Source: Deltaproteobacteria bacterium (lineage in GTDB: Bacteria > Myxococcota_A > Polyangia > Polyangiales > Houyiibacteriaceae). Taken from it: a stretch of 33,777 nt of DNA. The stretch lies in assembly GCA_034670305.1 (NCBI GenBank), contig JAXMNT010000070.1:1-33777 (forward strand). The letters are read 5' to 3'. Positions within the stretch are counted from its first letter, which is position 1. Every line of letters starts with the position of its first letter. Under the pieces are notes generated by a model that was given only the letters and a program-made list of their open reading frames with translations, was not told the DNA's origin and searched no databases. This document shows positions 8,174 through 15,741 of this stretch, piece after piece. Position numbers and translations under genes: made by a program.

Positions 8174-9517
8174 ATGCGGGTTTCGGCGGTGCTGGTGTGC
8201 GCGGTGTTCTTTGGAGTCGCCGCCGGGTGTGATGGCGACTCGAGGCCGTTCGAGGACGCGGGCGGCTTCGATGGCGGGCCGCCCGGCGATGGGTCCATCG
8301 AGGACGCTCGGGCCGAGGACGCGCCGATGGGCGCGGACGCCGACATCGACGCGGGACCGGCGCCCGAGTGCGGGGACGAAGGGTGCGACTACTGCGCGTC
8401 GCTGCAAGCGTGTGCCGACGAGTGCGCCTGGCGGGGGGACCTCGACGGCACCCGGTGTTGGTCGACGTTCGATGCGTGTTCCGTGGCGACCTGCTGGGAG
8501 CCGACGCTCGACTTCGATGCGTGCGCTCGGTTCGCCATGGACGAGGACTTCTCGAGCGGCAGCTTCAACGTGCACCGCTACTCCGCGCAGATTCCGGCCG
8601 GCGTCTCGACGCTCTCGCTCGGCCGGCTCGGCGGCACCTTCGAACCGGCGCTCCTGCTCGCCGATCTGACCGGCGCACTGATCTACGGCGGCGACGTCGC
8701 GGAGCTGCACCCGGACGTGTCGGTGCTCGATCGCGCCACGGGCCGTGGCGACGCGGTGGCTTCGGTGACCGTGGACGCGGCGCGCGCCACGGAGGTGCTG
8801 ATTCACGTCACCGGCTGGTCGGTGGTCGACAGCGGCTTCGAGGCGTTCCTCTCGACCGACGCCCGCTACCGGCTGAGCTTCTCGCCGGAGTGCGCGCCCC
8901 CGATGAGCGAGTCCGAGTCGATCGGCTCACCCAACAACGGCATGCTGCGCAACGGTGAGCGGGTCCGGCCGCACGCGGGCTACGTCGTCGCGGACACTGG
9001 GCGGGACGCGTACTTCGGGACCGAAGAGACCGTGCGCTGGTTGGCCGAAGCGTTCGACTCGGTGCGCGCGATGTACCCGATGTCCCAGGTGGTGCAGGTC
9101 CGGGATCTCTCGGTCGAAGGCGGGGGCGAACCGTCCGGCCCGTGGCCGCATGCGAGCCACGAGAGCGGCCGCGACGTCGACGTCACCTACCACCTCGATG
9201 CGTGCGATCCGGCGGTTGGGTGTCCGATCTCGGATGTCGACCTCGCCGACTTCGACGAAGCCGCGACGTGGGCGCTGTTCTCCTACTGGCTCGAGCGGGA
9301 TCTGGCGCGTTTCATCTTCGTCGACCACGGCCTGCAAGCGGTGATCTACGACGAGGCGGTGCGGCGCGGGGTCTCGGCGACCGACCTCGATCGCTGGTTC
9401 CAGTACCCACGTTCTTCCGGCACGTCGGCCGGGGTGATCCGGCACGAGCCGAACCACCGCAACCACCACCACGTCCGCTTTCGGTGTCCCGACGACGACG
9501 CCGAGTGCATCGAGTAG
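8174..9517 (+). CDS. Lipoprotein with a C-terminal penicillin-insensitive murein endopeptidase (MepA-like, LAS family) domain
   Basis: Lipobox AAGC. SIGSPNNGMLRNG, VRDLSVEGGG, HASHESGRDVD (H-x6-D) and HHHVR (HxH) zinc motifs. Confidence 0.85.
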   Translation: MRVSAVLVCAVFFGVAAGCDGDSRPFEDAGGFDGGPPGDGSIEDARAEDAPMGADADIDAGPAPECGDEGCDYCASLQACADECAWRGDLDGTRCWSTFDACSVATCWEPTLDFDACARFAMDEDFSSGSFNVHRYSAQIPAGVSTLSLGRLGGTFEPALLLADLTGALIYGGDVAELHPDVSVLDRATGRGDAVASVTVDAARATEVLIHVTGWSVVDSGFEAFLSTDARYRLSFSPECAPPMSESESIGSPNNGMLRNGERVRPHAGYVVADTGRDAYFGTEETVRWLAEAFDSVRAMYPMSQVVQVRDLSVEGGGEPSGPWPHASHESGRDVDVTYHLDACDPAVGCPISDVDLADFDEAATWALFSYWLERDLARFIFVDHGLQAVIYDEAVRRGVSATDLDRWFQYPRSSGTSAGVIRHEPNHRNHHHVRFRCPDDDAECIE

Positions 9518-9535
9518 GGAAGAGGCGGGACCGGG

Positions 9536-10510
9536 CTACTGGATGCGTTCGATCGGGTAGCCCTCGGCGCGGAGCATGGCGAGCAGGCCGTGCTCGCCGA
9601 GGTAGTGGCCGAGGCCCACCGCGACAAAGAGTCCACCCTGATCGAGTTCCCGCTTGAGCCGTCGCATCCAGGTGCGGTTGCGTCGGTCGAAGAGCTCGCG
9701 GAAGAGCGTGGGCGTCTGCGCCATCTCCTCTGGGTCGAAGATCAGCGCTTCCATGACCGCTTCGTCACCGGTCAGGTAGGCCTCGACGAGCTGGTTGAGG
9801 TCGGCGCGTGTCTCGTCCGCGTCGGTGACCATTCGGGCAACGGCGCCCGCCATCTCTGCATCGGGGACCGCGCCGAGCGCGTTGAACTGGTCGCGGGGGG
9901 TCTCGAGGGTGCCGAGGTTGAGTTCGTGCTGTCGCGCGTAGTTCACCAGCGTCGAATCCATGGGGGCGACGGGCGCTTCGCCCTGTGCTTCGCGCACGCG
10001 GGTCTGAAGCAAGAGCATCATCGCGAGCCACGGACGTTGGTGCTTGAGCTGTTCGCCCGTCACCGTCTCGCCGAGGTCTTGCACCAGATCGTGCCAGACG
10101 ATGCTGGGGTAGAGGGCGTCGCTCGTGCCTCGGCGCATCCGGGCCGCGGTCTGCAGTTCCACCGCGTCCACATCGCTGGGATCGATCTCGACCAAGATTT
10201 GACGCGCTTCGTCGACGTGGGTCAGGTACTCGGCCGGGAGCGCGGAGTCGAGGGAGACGCCCACGTGGATCGTGCCGAACAAGTAGGACGGGGCCTCGCC
10301 GTTCTCCACCTTCCAGATGAACGCGCGGTCGACTGCCCGCAGACGCTGCTGCCGCGCGATCTCGGCGGGGTCGGGACCCTCCTCCTCACCGGTCGAGCGG
10401 GGCTCGGGTGGCGGGATGTGGCTGTAGTCCGGGGTCGACCGCGCGCGCGAACTGCAAGCGGAAGCGACGACGAGAAGCAGGGCCAACCAGGAGAACGAAC
10501 GGACGGTCAT
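9536..10510 (-). CDS. TraB/GumN (TIKI) family lipoprotein
   Basis: SYLFGTIHVG, LETPRDQ, RNRTW and FVAVGLGHYLG motifs; lipobox ASAC. Confidence 0.9.
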   Translation of the reverse strand: MTVRSFSWLALLLVVASACSSRARSTPDYSHIPPPEPRSTGEEEGPDPAEIARQQRLRAVDRAFIWKVENGEAPSYLFGTIHVGVSLDSALPAEYLTHVDEARQILVEIDPSDVDAVELQTAARMRRGTSDALYPSIVWHDLVQDLGETVTGEQLKHQRPWLAMMLLLQTRVREAQGEAPVAPMDSTLVNYARQHELNLGTLETPRDQFNALGAVPDAEMAGAVARMVTDADETRADLNQLVEAYLTGDEAVMEALIFDPEEMAQTPTLFRELFDRRNRTWMRRLKRELDQGGLFVAVGLGHYLGEHGLLAMLRAEGYPIERIQ

Positions 10511-10562
10511 CGCGCCGATAGTGACACGCGCGCGGACCGCGGCAAACGCGCGCGTGGGCGGG

Positions 10563-11012
10563 TTAGAAGCCGGTGGTCTCGAGCACCGCGATGCCGAGCA
10601 GGCCGAGCAGGATGCGGAGCGCGCCGAGGATGGCGCCGATGATCGCCATCGCCAGGGTCAACTCGTACTTGCTGCCCATGACGCGCTGGTATTCCTTCTG
10701 GCGGACCAGCGTGATCGTGCCGAAGACCCCGGAAGTGATGGCCAGGACTGAGAAGATGAAGAACGGGTTGATGCAGAGCCAGCCGGTGATTCCGAAGACA
10801 AGCGACCCCACCCCGGCGCTGAGGATGCTGCCGGCCGCCCGGTTCTCGCCGGTCGCGATCGTGTCTCCCGCAGCACACCGCGCACACACCATCTCGCCCG
10901 CGTCGCTGTACTGCGCGCGGCCTGGATCAACGGGCGCACCGCATCCCGTGCACGGCTGGGTGGGACCGGCCGGTCCGTCGTCGCTGCGTTGAACTGGGGC
11001 GAAGGGATCCAT
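10563..11012 (-). CDS. Small membrane protein with an N-terminal CxxC...CxxC zinc ribbon (DUF4190-like)
   Basis: Start at MDPFAP. CTGCG...CARC followed by 2-3 TM helices. The longer ORF start lies inside the tandem repeat. Confidence 0.65.
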   Translation of the reverse strand: MDPFAPVQRSDDGPAGPTQPCTGCGAPVDPGRAQYSDAGEMVCARCAAGDTIATGENRAAGSILSAGVGSLVFGITGWLCINPFFIFSVLAITSGVFGTITLVRQKEYQRVMGSKYELTLAMAIIGAILGALRILLGLLGIAVLETTGF

Positions 11013-11025
11013 GGGTCGGGTATCG

Positions 11026-11241
11026 ACGCGGCGAAGCCGAGCGAAGCGAGCAAGCCGTGTCACCGGGACGGGGTTTGGGGGCTGTGCCCCCAAGAAGATA
11101 CGCGGCGAAGCCGAGCGAAGCGAGCAAGCCGTGTCACCGGGACGGGGCTTGGGGGCTGTGCCCCCAAGAAGATACGCGGCGAAGCCGAGCGAAGCGAGCA
11201 AGCCGTGTCACCGGGACGGGGTTTGGGGCTGTGCCCCCAAG
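11026..11241 (+). repeat. Three tandem 74-bp REP-like units (repeat family 1)
   Basis: Units start at 11026, 11100 and 11174: ACGCGGCGAAGCCGAGCGAAGCGAGCAAGCCGTGTCACCGGGACGGGGTTTGGGGGCTGTGCCCCCAAGAAGAT. Internal hairpin TTGGGGGC-TGT-GCCCCCAA. Confidence 0.95.
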
Positions 11242-11316
11242 GAACACGCGCTCGCGTGGTCAAGTGCTTCCCCGGGGCTGGCTGCACAGATTCTCGCTGG
11301 CCGCTATGCTCTGCCG

Positions 11317-13272
11317 GTGGGCACACCCGATCCGGATCCAGACGCATCGGCCGTCGTCTCCGGCTCCCAGCCGAGCCTGGCGAGCGAAGGCGTGAACGAA
11401 GACGCGCCAGTGCTCACCGCGCCGCCCGCCCACCGCGCCCTTCCCGATGTCAAACACGGCGAGTCGGTCGACGACGACGATCTGCCGCCGCGGGCGCGTG
11501 CCGCGATGGACAGCATCGCGCCGCGGCTCGTCGATCCTCGGCGTGTCGGTGGGTACGACGTGGTCGCGTTGCTCGGTCAGGGCGGTGCGGGTGAGGTGTA
11601 CCTCGCCATCCACGCGGGTCCGGGGCAGTTCGAGAAACTCGTCGTGCTCAAGATGCTGCACTCGCATTTTCAGGAGGACGAAGGCGTGGTCGAGATGTTC
11701 CTCGACGAGGCGCGCCTGGCCGCGCGGCTGAGCCACCCCAACATCGTGCAGACGATCGAAGTCGGGGTGGAAGAGGACCGTCACTTCATCGCGATGGCGT
11801 ACTTGGAAGGGCTGCCCTTGCACCGAGTGCTCGCCCGCTTTGGTCGGCGCGACGAACAGATCCCCGCTGGGGTCGCTGCGCGCATCACGGTCGAGGTGCT
11901 CGATGGACTCGCCTACGCCCACGACCTGAAGGACTTCGACGACTCGCCGCTCGGCATCGTGCACCGAGACATCTCCCCCGCGAACATCTTCCTCTCGTGG
12001 GATGGCAGCGTGAAGATCCTCGACTTCGGCATCGCGAAGGCTGCGACCCGGCGGGCCAACACCGACTCCGGCATCATCAAAGGCAAGTTCGGCTACATCG
12101 CACCCGAGCAGGCCAAGAACGGCGACATCAACGCCCGCGCGGATCTGTGGAGTGTCGGTGTGGTGCTCTGGGAGATGTTGACGAGCCGCCGGCTCTTCCC
12201 GCTCCGCAACGACGTGGCCACCCTGCACGCGCTGGTGGGCACCGATCCACTTCGGCAGGTGACGGACTACGTGCCCGACGCGCCGCCGGGCCTGCTGGCG
12301 ATCGTGGAGCGCGCGCTTCAGCGCGACCCGGACGCCCGCTTCCAGGACGCGCTCGAGATGAAGGCGGCGCTCGAAGCCTGGCTCGACGAGCAGCCGCACG
12401 CGGTGACCCGGGACGATGTCGCCGCTTGCATCGGCGACAACTTCGCCGGCGAGCGGGAGCAACAACAGAGCACGGTCCGGGCGTGCGTGGGTGGCGCGCG
12501 GTTGGCGGTGGCCCCGAGTGGATCGTTTCACATCGCGAAGGGGGATCCTTCGCATGCCTTCGTGGTGGATCCCCCACCGGAACCTGCCCGCGCCAACGTG
12601 CCGCGCGGTCCACTTCTGCTCGCGGCCGGCGCGGCGGCGGCGCTCTTCGCGATCGTCGTGGGCAGTGCTTGGACTCACAACCCGAACGACGGCCGGACCG
12701 TGGCCCGGGGGGACACCGAGCAGGCGCAGGCGGCAACCGCGACGGAGGCATCGGCACCCGAGTCCGAGTCTGCGACGGGCAGGGCAGGGATCGTCGACGC
12801 GGTCGACATGGCCCACGGGTCTGCGACGACCGTGACCGAGTCTCCGATGACCGAAGCGCGGACCGAGACCACCATGGCACCCGCCGAGCTACCGGCCACG
12901 GAGACCATGGCCACCGAGACGACGCCCGAGATGGCTGGCGGGATGGCTGCGACGATGACCGGAGCCGCCGACCCGGGTGTCGTGGAGACCGAGATGGCCA
13001 GCGAGTCGGTCGGTGAGACGGAGGCGGAGAGTGAGATGGTTGGCGAAGAACCGGCCGAGGCGCCGGGCTTCCTCACGCTGGACTCCTCGCCCTGGGCCGA
13101 CGTGCGCGGGCCCGACGGCCGGTCGCTCGGCCACACCCCCATCGTGCGGGTACCGCTTCCGCCCGGGCAGCACCGGCTGATTCTTCGGAACCCGGAGCGC
13201 GGCATCGAGACGCCGTACGTGGTGCAGGTCCGTTCCGGACAGACGGTGACCAGGCGGGTCGCGCTCGACTGA
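11317..13272 (+). CDS. Membrane-anchored Hanks-type Ser/Thr protein kinase with a C-terminal PEGA-like domain
   Basis: LGQGGAGEVY, VVLK, HRDISPANI, DFGIAK, GKFGYIAPEQ and DLWSVG motifs; one TM; Thr/Glu/Ala linker; GFLTLDSSPWADV...LGHTP. GTG start inferred from CTGCAC-N17-TATGCT-N6-GTG. Confidence 0.93.
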   Translation: MGTPDPDPDASAVVSGSQPSLASEGVNEDAPVLTAPPAHRALPDVKHGESVDDDDLPPRARAAMDSIAPRLVDPRRVGGYDVVALLGQGGAGEVYLAIHAGPGQFEKLVVLKMLHSHFQEDEGVVEMFLDEARLAARLSHPNIVQTIEVGVEEDRHFIAMAYLEGLPLHRVLARFGRRDEQIPAGVAARITVEVLDGLAYAHDLKDFDDSPLGIVHRDISPANIFLSWDGSVKILDFGIAKAATRRANTDSGIIKGKFGYIAPEQAKNGDINARADLWSVGVVLWEMLTSRRLFPLRNDVATLHALVGTDPLRQVTDYVPDAPPGLLAIVERALQRDPDARFQDALEMKAALEAWLDEQPHAVTRDDVAACIGDNFAGEREQQQSTVRACVGGARLAVAPSGSFHIAKGDPSHAFVVDPPPEPARANVPRGPLLLAAGAAAALFAIVVGSAWTHNPNDGRTVARGDTEQAQAATATEASAPESESATGRAGIVDAVDMAHGSATTVTESPMTEARTETTMAPAELPATETMATETTPEMAGGMAATMTGAADPGVVETEMASESVGETEAESEMVGEEPAEAPGFLTLDSSPWADVRGPDGRSLGHTPIVRVPLPPGQHRLILRNPERGIETPYVVQVRSGQTVTRRVALD

Positions 13273-13281
13273 TCCAACGAA

Positions 13282-13311
13282 GAACGACGCGGCCGTGAGA
13301 CCGCGTCGTTC
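13282..13311. terminator. Hairpin between convergent genes, possible bidirectional terminator
   Basis: 11-bp stem GAACGACGCGG/CCGCGTCGTTC between the stop codons at 13272 (+) and 13333 (-). The U-tracts are weak. Confidence 0.5.
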
Positions 13312-13332
13312 GTTCCTCCACGTTGGGTGCCG

Positions 13333-14118
13333 TCAGCGGCCGGGGCGCTTGGTGGCGTCGAACCCGGTCTCGAAACGAACCGATGCCCCGATCACCAGCG
13401 CTTCGAGCTCTGCGTCCATGTCCGGATCACCGGCCCAGAGACATCCGCCGGCGTAGACGGTCGTCACGTCGCCCGTGGTCGCGCTGGCGTCCCAGTCCTC
13501 CGTCATCGCGCTGCCGCTCGTGGTGAGGTCGCCCGCCGCCACCGACGCGCCGAGCAGCGCGCAGTTGATGCCGTTCGTCGCGAACCCGGCGCCGAGCAGG
13601 ACCTGCCACGCATCGCCTGCTTCGTTGATCGTGCCGAACCGCTCGCTCACGCCTGCGGTGATCTCGCCATCGCACACCATGTCGCAGTCCGGGTTGGTCG
13701 TGCCCTCGCCGCATTCGTCGGTGGCGGGCATGCGCAGCGGCATGTCGCAGTTCTGTTCGGGGAGCTGAAGGAACACGCGGTGTGGGTACATCGCGTCGTC
13801 CTGCCGGAACCCAACCGACGCCGGCCAGACTTCGCTCGGGCAGACGACCGCTTCTTGATCGCAGCTCAGGTCGAACATGATCGGCTGGCCTTCGTGATCG
13901 ATGGTCACGACCCCGCCCGTGGCGCCGAGCTCTTCCGTGTACACCGCGCCCCCGATCTGGATCGTGACGTCCAGTCGATCGTCGTAGGTCACGTCCCAGG
14001 TCCCCGACATGTCGGGTGCGGGAGACTCGGAGAATGCGGGGTTGCCGCACCCATCGCCTTCGGCACCCATCAACATCGGCATCGCCAACAGCACGCCCAC
14101 CCACTTCATCTTGCCCAT
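13333..14118 (-). CDS. Hypothetical secreted or lipoprotein, acidic and Cys-containing
   Basis: MGKMKWVGVLLAMPMLMGAEGDGC signal-like N-terminus, GGAGG upstream, consistent codon bias. Confidence 0.7.
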   Translation of the reverse strand: MGKMKWVGVLLAMPMLMGAEGDGCGNPAFSESPAPDMSGTWDVTYDDRLDVTIQIGGAVYTEELGATGGVVTIDHEGQPIMFDLSCDQEAVVCPSEVWPASVGFRQDDAMYPHRVFLQLPEQNCDMPLRMPATDECGEGTTNPDCDMVCDGEITAGVSERFGTINEAGDAWQVLLGAGFATNGINCALLGASVAAGDLTTSGSAMTEDWDASATTGDVTTVYAGGCLWAGDPDMDAELEALVIGASVRFETGFDATKRPGR

Positions 14119-14287
14119 CCGAAACCTCCAAGCACCGACTCTGGCCGGTACCCGTTCTACTTCAATGATGATGCCAACGGCGAGTTCGTCGTTCGTCGAA
14201 CAAAACGAGGGCGAAAGCGCGTCTCGGATCGTGAACGGAACCGGAAGGTGTAACTGGCTGGTCACACCCGATCGGGTGAAGCGTGGC

Positions 14288-15110
14288 GTAGGGGCCGCCA
14301 GTCTCGCGAAGCGAGGCCCGAATGGCCCCAAGTGGGAAAGTGCGACAAGTGCTGCGAGCCTGCGCAGCCCGCAGGGCGAGCAACTGGCGAGCTCACCAAG
14401 TGATCACAGAGCGCCGAACCGACACGGTGCAGCCGAGCGAAGCGAGCCAGCCGTGTCACCGGGACGGGGTTTGGGGGCCGTGCCCCCAGGAATACCGACA
14501 CGGTGCAGCCGAGCGAAGCGAGCCAGCCGTGTCACCGGGACGGGGTTTGGGGGCCGTGCCCCCAGGAATACCGACACGGTGCAGCCGAGCGAAGCGAGCC
14601 AGCCGTGTCACCGGGACGGGGTTTGGGGGCCGTGCCCCCAAGCAAATAGGAGCGCCTGGACGCGCGCAGCCGCCAACCACCCCCCAGGTGCTTCTTCACT
14701 CCATCAAGTGCAGAGGCGGCGAGCACGTGCAGGCAGCGACGGGCGCGAGACCGACACGGTGCAGCCGAGCGAAGCGAGCCAGCCGTGTCACCGGGACGGG
14801 GTTTGGGGGCCGTGCCCCCAAGAAAGAAGGGCCGCCAGTCTCGCGAAGCGAGCCAGGCCACCCAGCGCCAACGAGTCAGGCATCTCCACACGTGCACCTG
14901 CGCAGGCCGCAGGCCGAGCAACTGGTGCACTCCCCAATCGATCCCCGAGAGCGCCGATAGGAGCGCCTGGACGCGCGCAGCCGCCAACCACCCCAGGTGC
15001 TTCTTCACTCCATCAAGTGCAGAGGCGGCGAGCACGTGCAGGCAGCGACGGGCGCGAATTAGGGCCGCCAGTCTCGCGAAGCGAGCCAGGCCCGTAGTGC
15101 AATTAAAGAG
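14288..15110 (+). repeat. Array A of the ~235-bp structured repeat (family 2) with four nested family-1 units
   Basis: The GGGCCGCCAGTCTCGCGAAGCGAG module starts at 14292, 14829 and 15062 (intact period 233). It is homologous in reverse orientation to arrays at 20793-21345 and 26103-26948. Confidence 0.92.
14418..14822 (+). repeat. 76-bp family-1 units: three tandem (14418, 14494, 14570) and one separate (about 14750)
   Basis: ACCGACACGGTGCAGCCGAGCGAAGCGAGCCAGCCGTGTCACCGGGACGGGGTTTGGGGGCCGTGCCCCCAGGAAT, with stems GACACGG/CCGTGTC and TGGGGGC/GCCCCCA. Confidence 0.95.
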
Positions 15111-15741
15111 GGTCGCCGCTGAACATGGAGCGGCTGAAGGCGTAGTCGGCGGCGCGCATCTGGGCGTGGCAGTCATTGCAGCCAATGGGGGTGCCATCGA
15201 GCAACCGGCCGTAGCCGCCGGGGTCGGCGGCGTTGCCTTCACCGCGCCAAACGATCGCCGGGCTGCCGGAGTCGGTGAGGCGAAGATCCACGTACTCCCA
15301 GCCGACCGCGCCGCCAGCGTTGAAGTCGCCGCCGCGTTTGACCATGGCGTGCAGCTCCCACTCCGCGGGCCGTTCAACGGTCTTGAGCAGGATGGTGCCG
15401 ACCGGGAGGGGCTGGCCCCAGGGCGTGGGCTCCGAGTTCACGTAGAGATGGGACGGGCCGCCGCGCGCGTGTCCATGTTCGAGCCCGATGTCGGGCAACT
15501 CCCATCGCCGCCAGGTGCGGAACGACTCGAAGTCGGACTGCATCGCGATGAAGGGCACGGCCGTTGCGACCGGGCCATCGGCCGCCGACTCGGCACACGC
15601 GGAGAGGGTGCCGAGCACTGTGAGCAGCACTGCGGTTCTCGAGGACAGCACTGCGGTTCCCGAGGACAGCACTGCGGTTCCGGAAGACAGCACTGCGGTT
15701 CCGGAAGACAGCACCGCACCGCGCCGGCGCGCGGCCTTCAC
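15103..15741 (-). CDS. Cytochrome P460/c'-beta family monohaem lipoprotein
   Basis: GTG start overlaps the upstream stop (GTGA). Lipobox LSAC. Family motifs FRTW, LYVN, PVGTILLK, AMVKR, GWEY, and C-terminal CNDCH...DYAF. Confidence 0.75.
   Translation of the reverse strand: MKAARRRGAVLSSGTAVLSSGTAVLSSGTAVLSSRTAVLLTVLGTLSACAESAADGPVATAVPFIAMQSDFESFRTWRRWELPDIGLEHGHARGGPSHLYVNSEPTPWGQPLPVGTILLKTVERPAEWELHAMVKRGGDFNAGGAVGWEYVDLRLTDSGSPAIVWRGEGNAADPGGYGRLLDGTPIGCNDCHAQMRAADYAFSRSMFSGDPL
15625..15717. repeat. 21-bp coding VNTR (four full copies plus a partial) in the signal peptide of the P460-like gene
   Basis: CAGCAC(T/C)GC starts at 15625, 15646, 15667, 15688 and 15709; encodes AVLSS(G/R)T repeats. 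Confidence 0.95.

Noticed and set aside
662-8232. Long plus-strand ORFs 662-1921, 1873-3813, 4001-5035, 5093-6316 and 6304-8232
   Set aside because: Antisense shadows of motif-bearing minus-strand genes, typical of high-GC DNA, with no recognisable domains.
11011-11316. N-terminal extensions of the kinase (from 11011) and the zinc-ribbon protein (from 11201)
   Set aside because: Both run through the non-coding tandem repeat; better starts exist at 11317 and 11012.
11026-14822. 74/76-bp tandem repeats as a CRISPR array
   Set aside because: Units are nearly identical along their whole length with no unique spacers, and no cas genes are present.
14009-15377. ORFs across the repeat arrays (14009-15097, 14322-14960, 14532-15377, and similarly 20841-21851) as a transposase or repeat-encoded protein
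   Set aside because: Translations are frame-shifting repeats of the DNA unit with no HUH, DDE or RT motifs.
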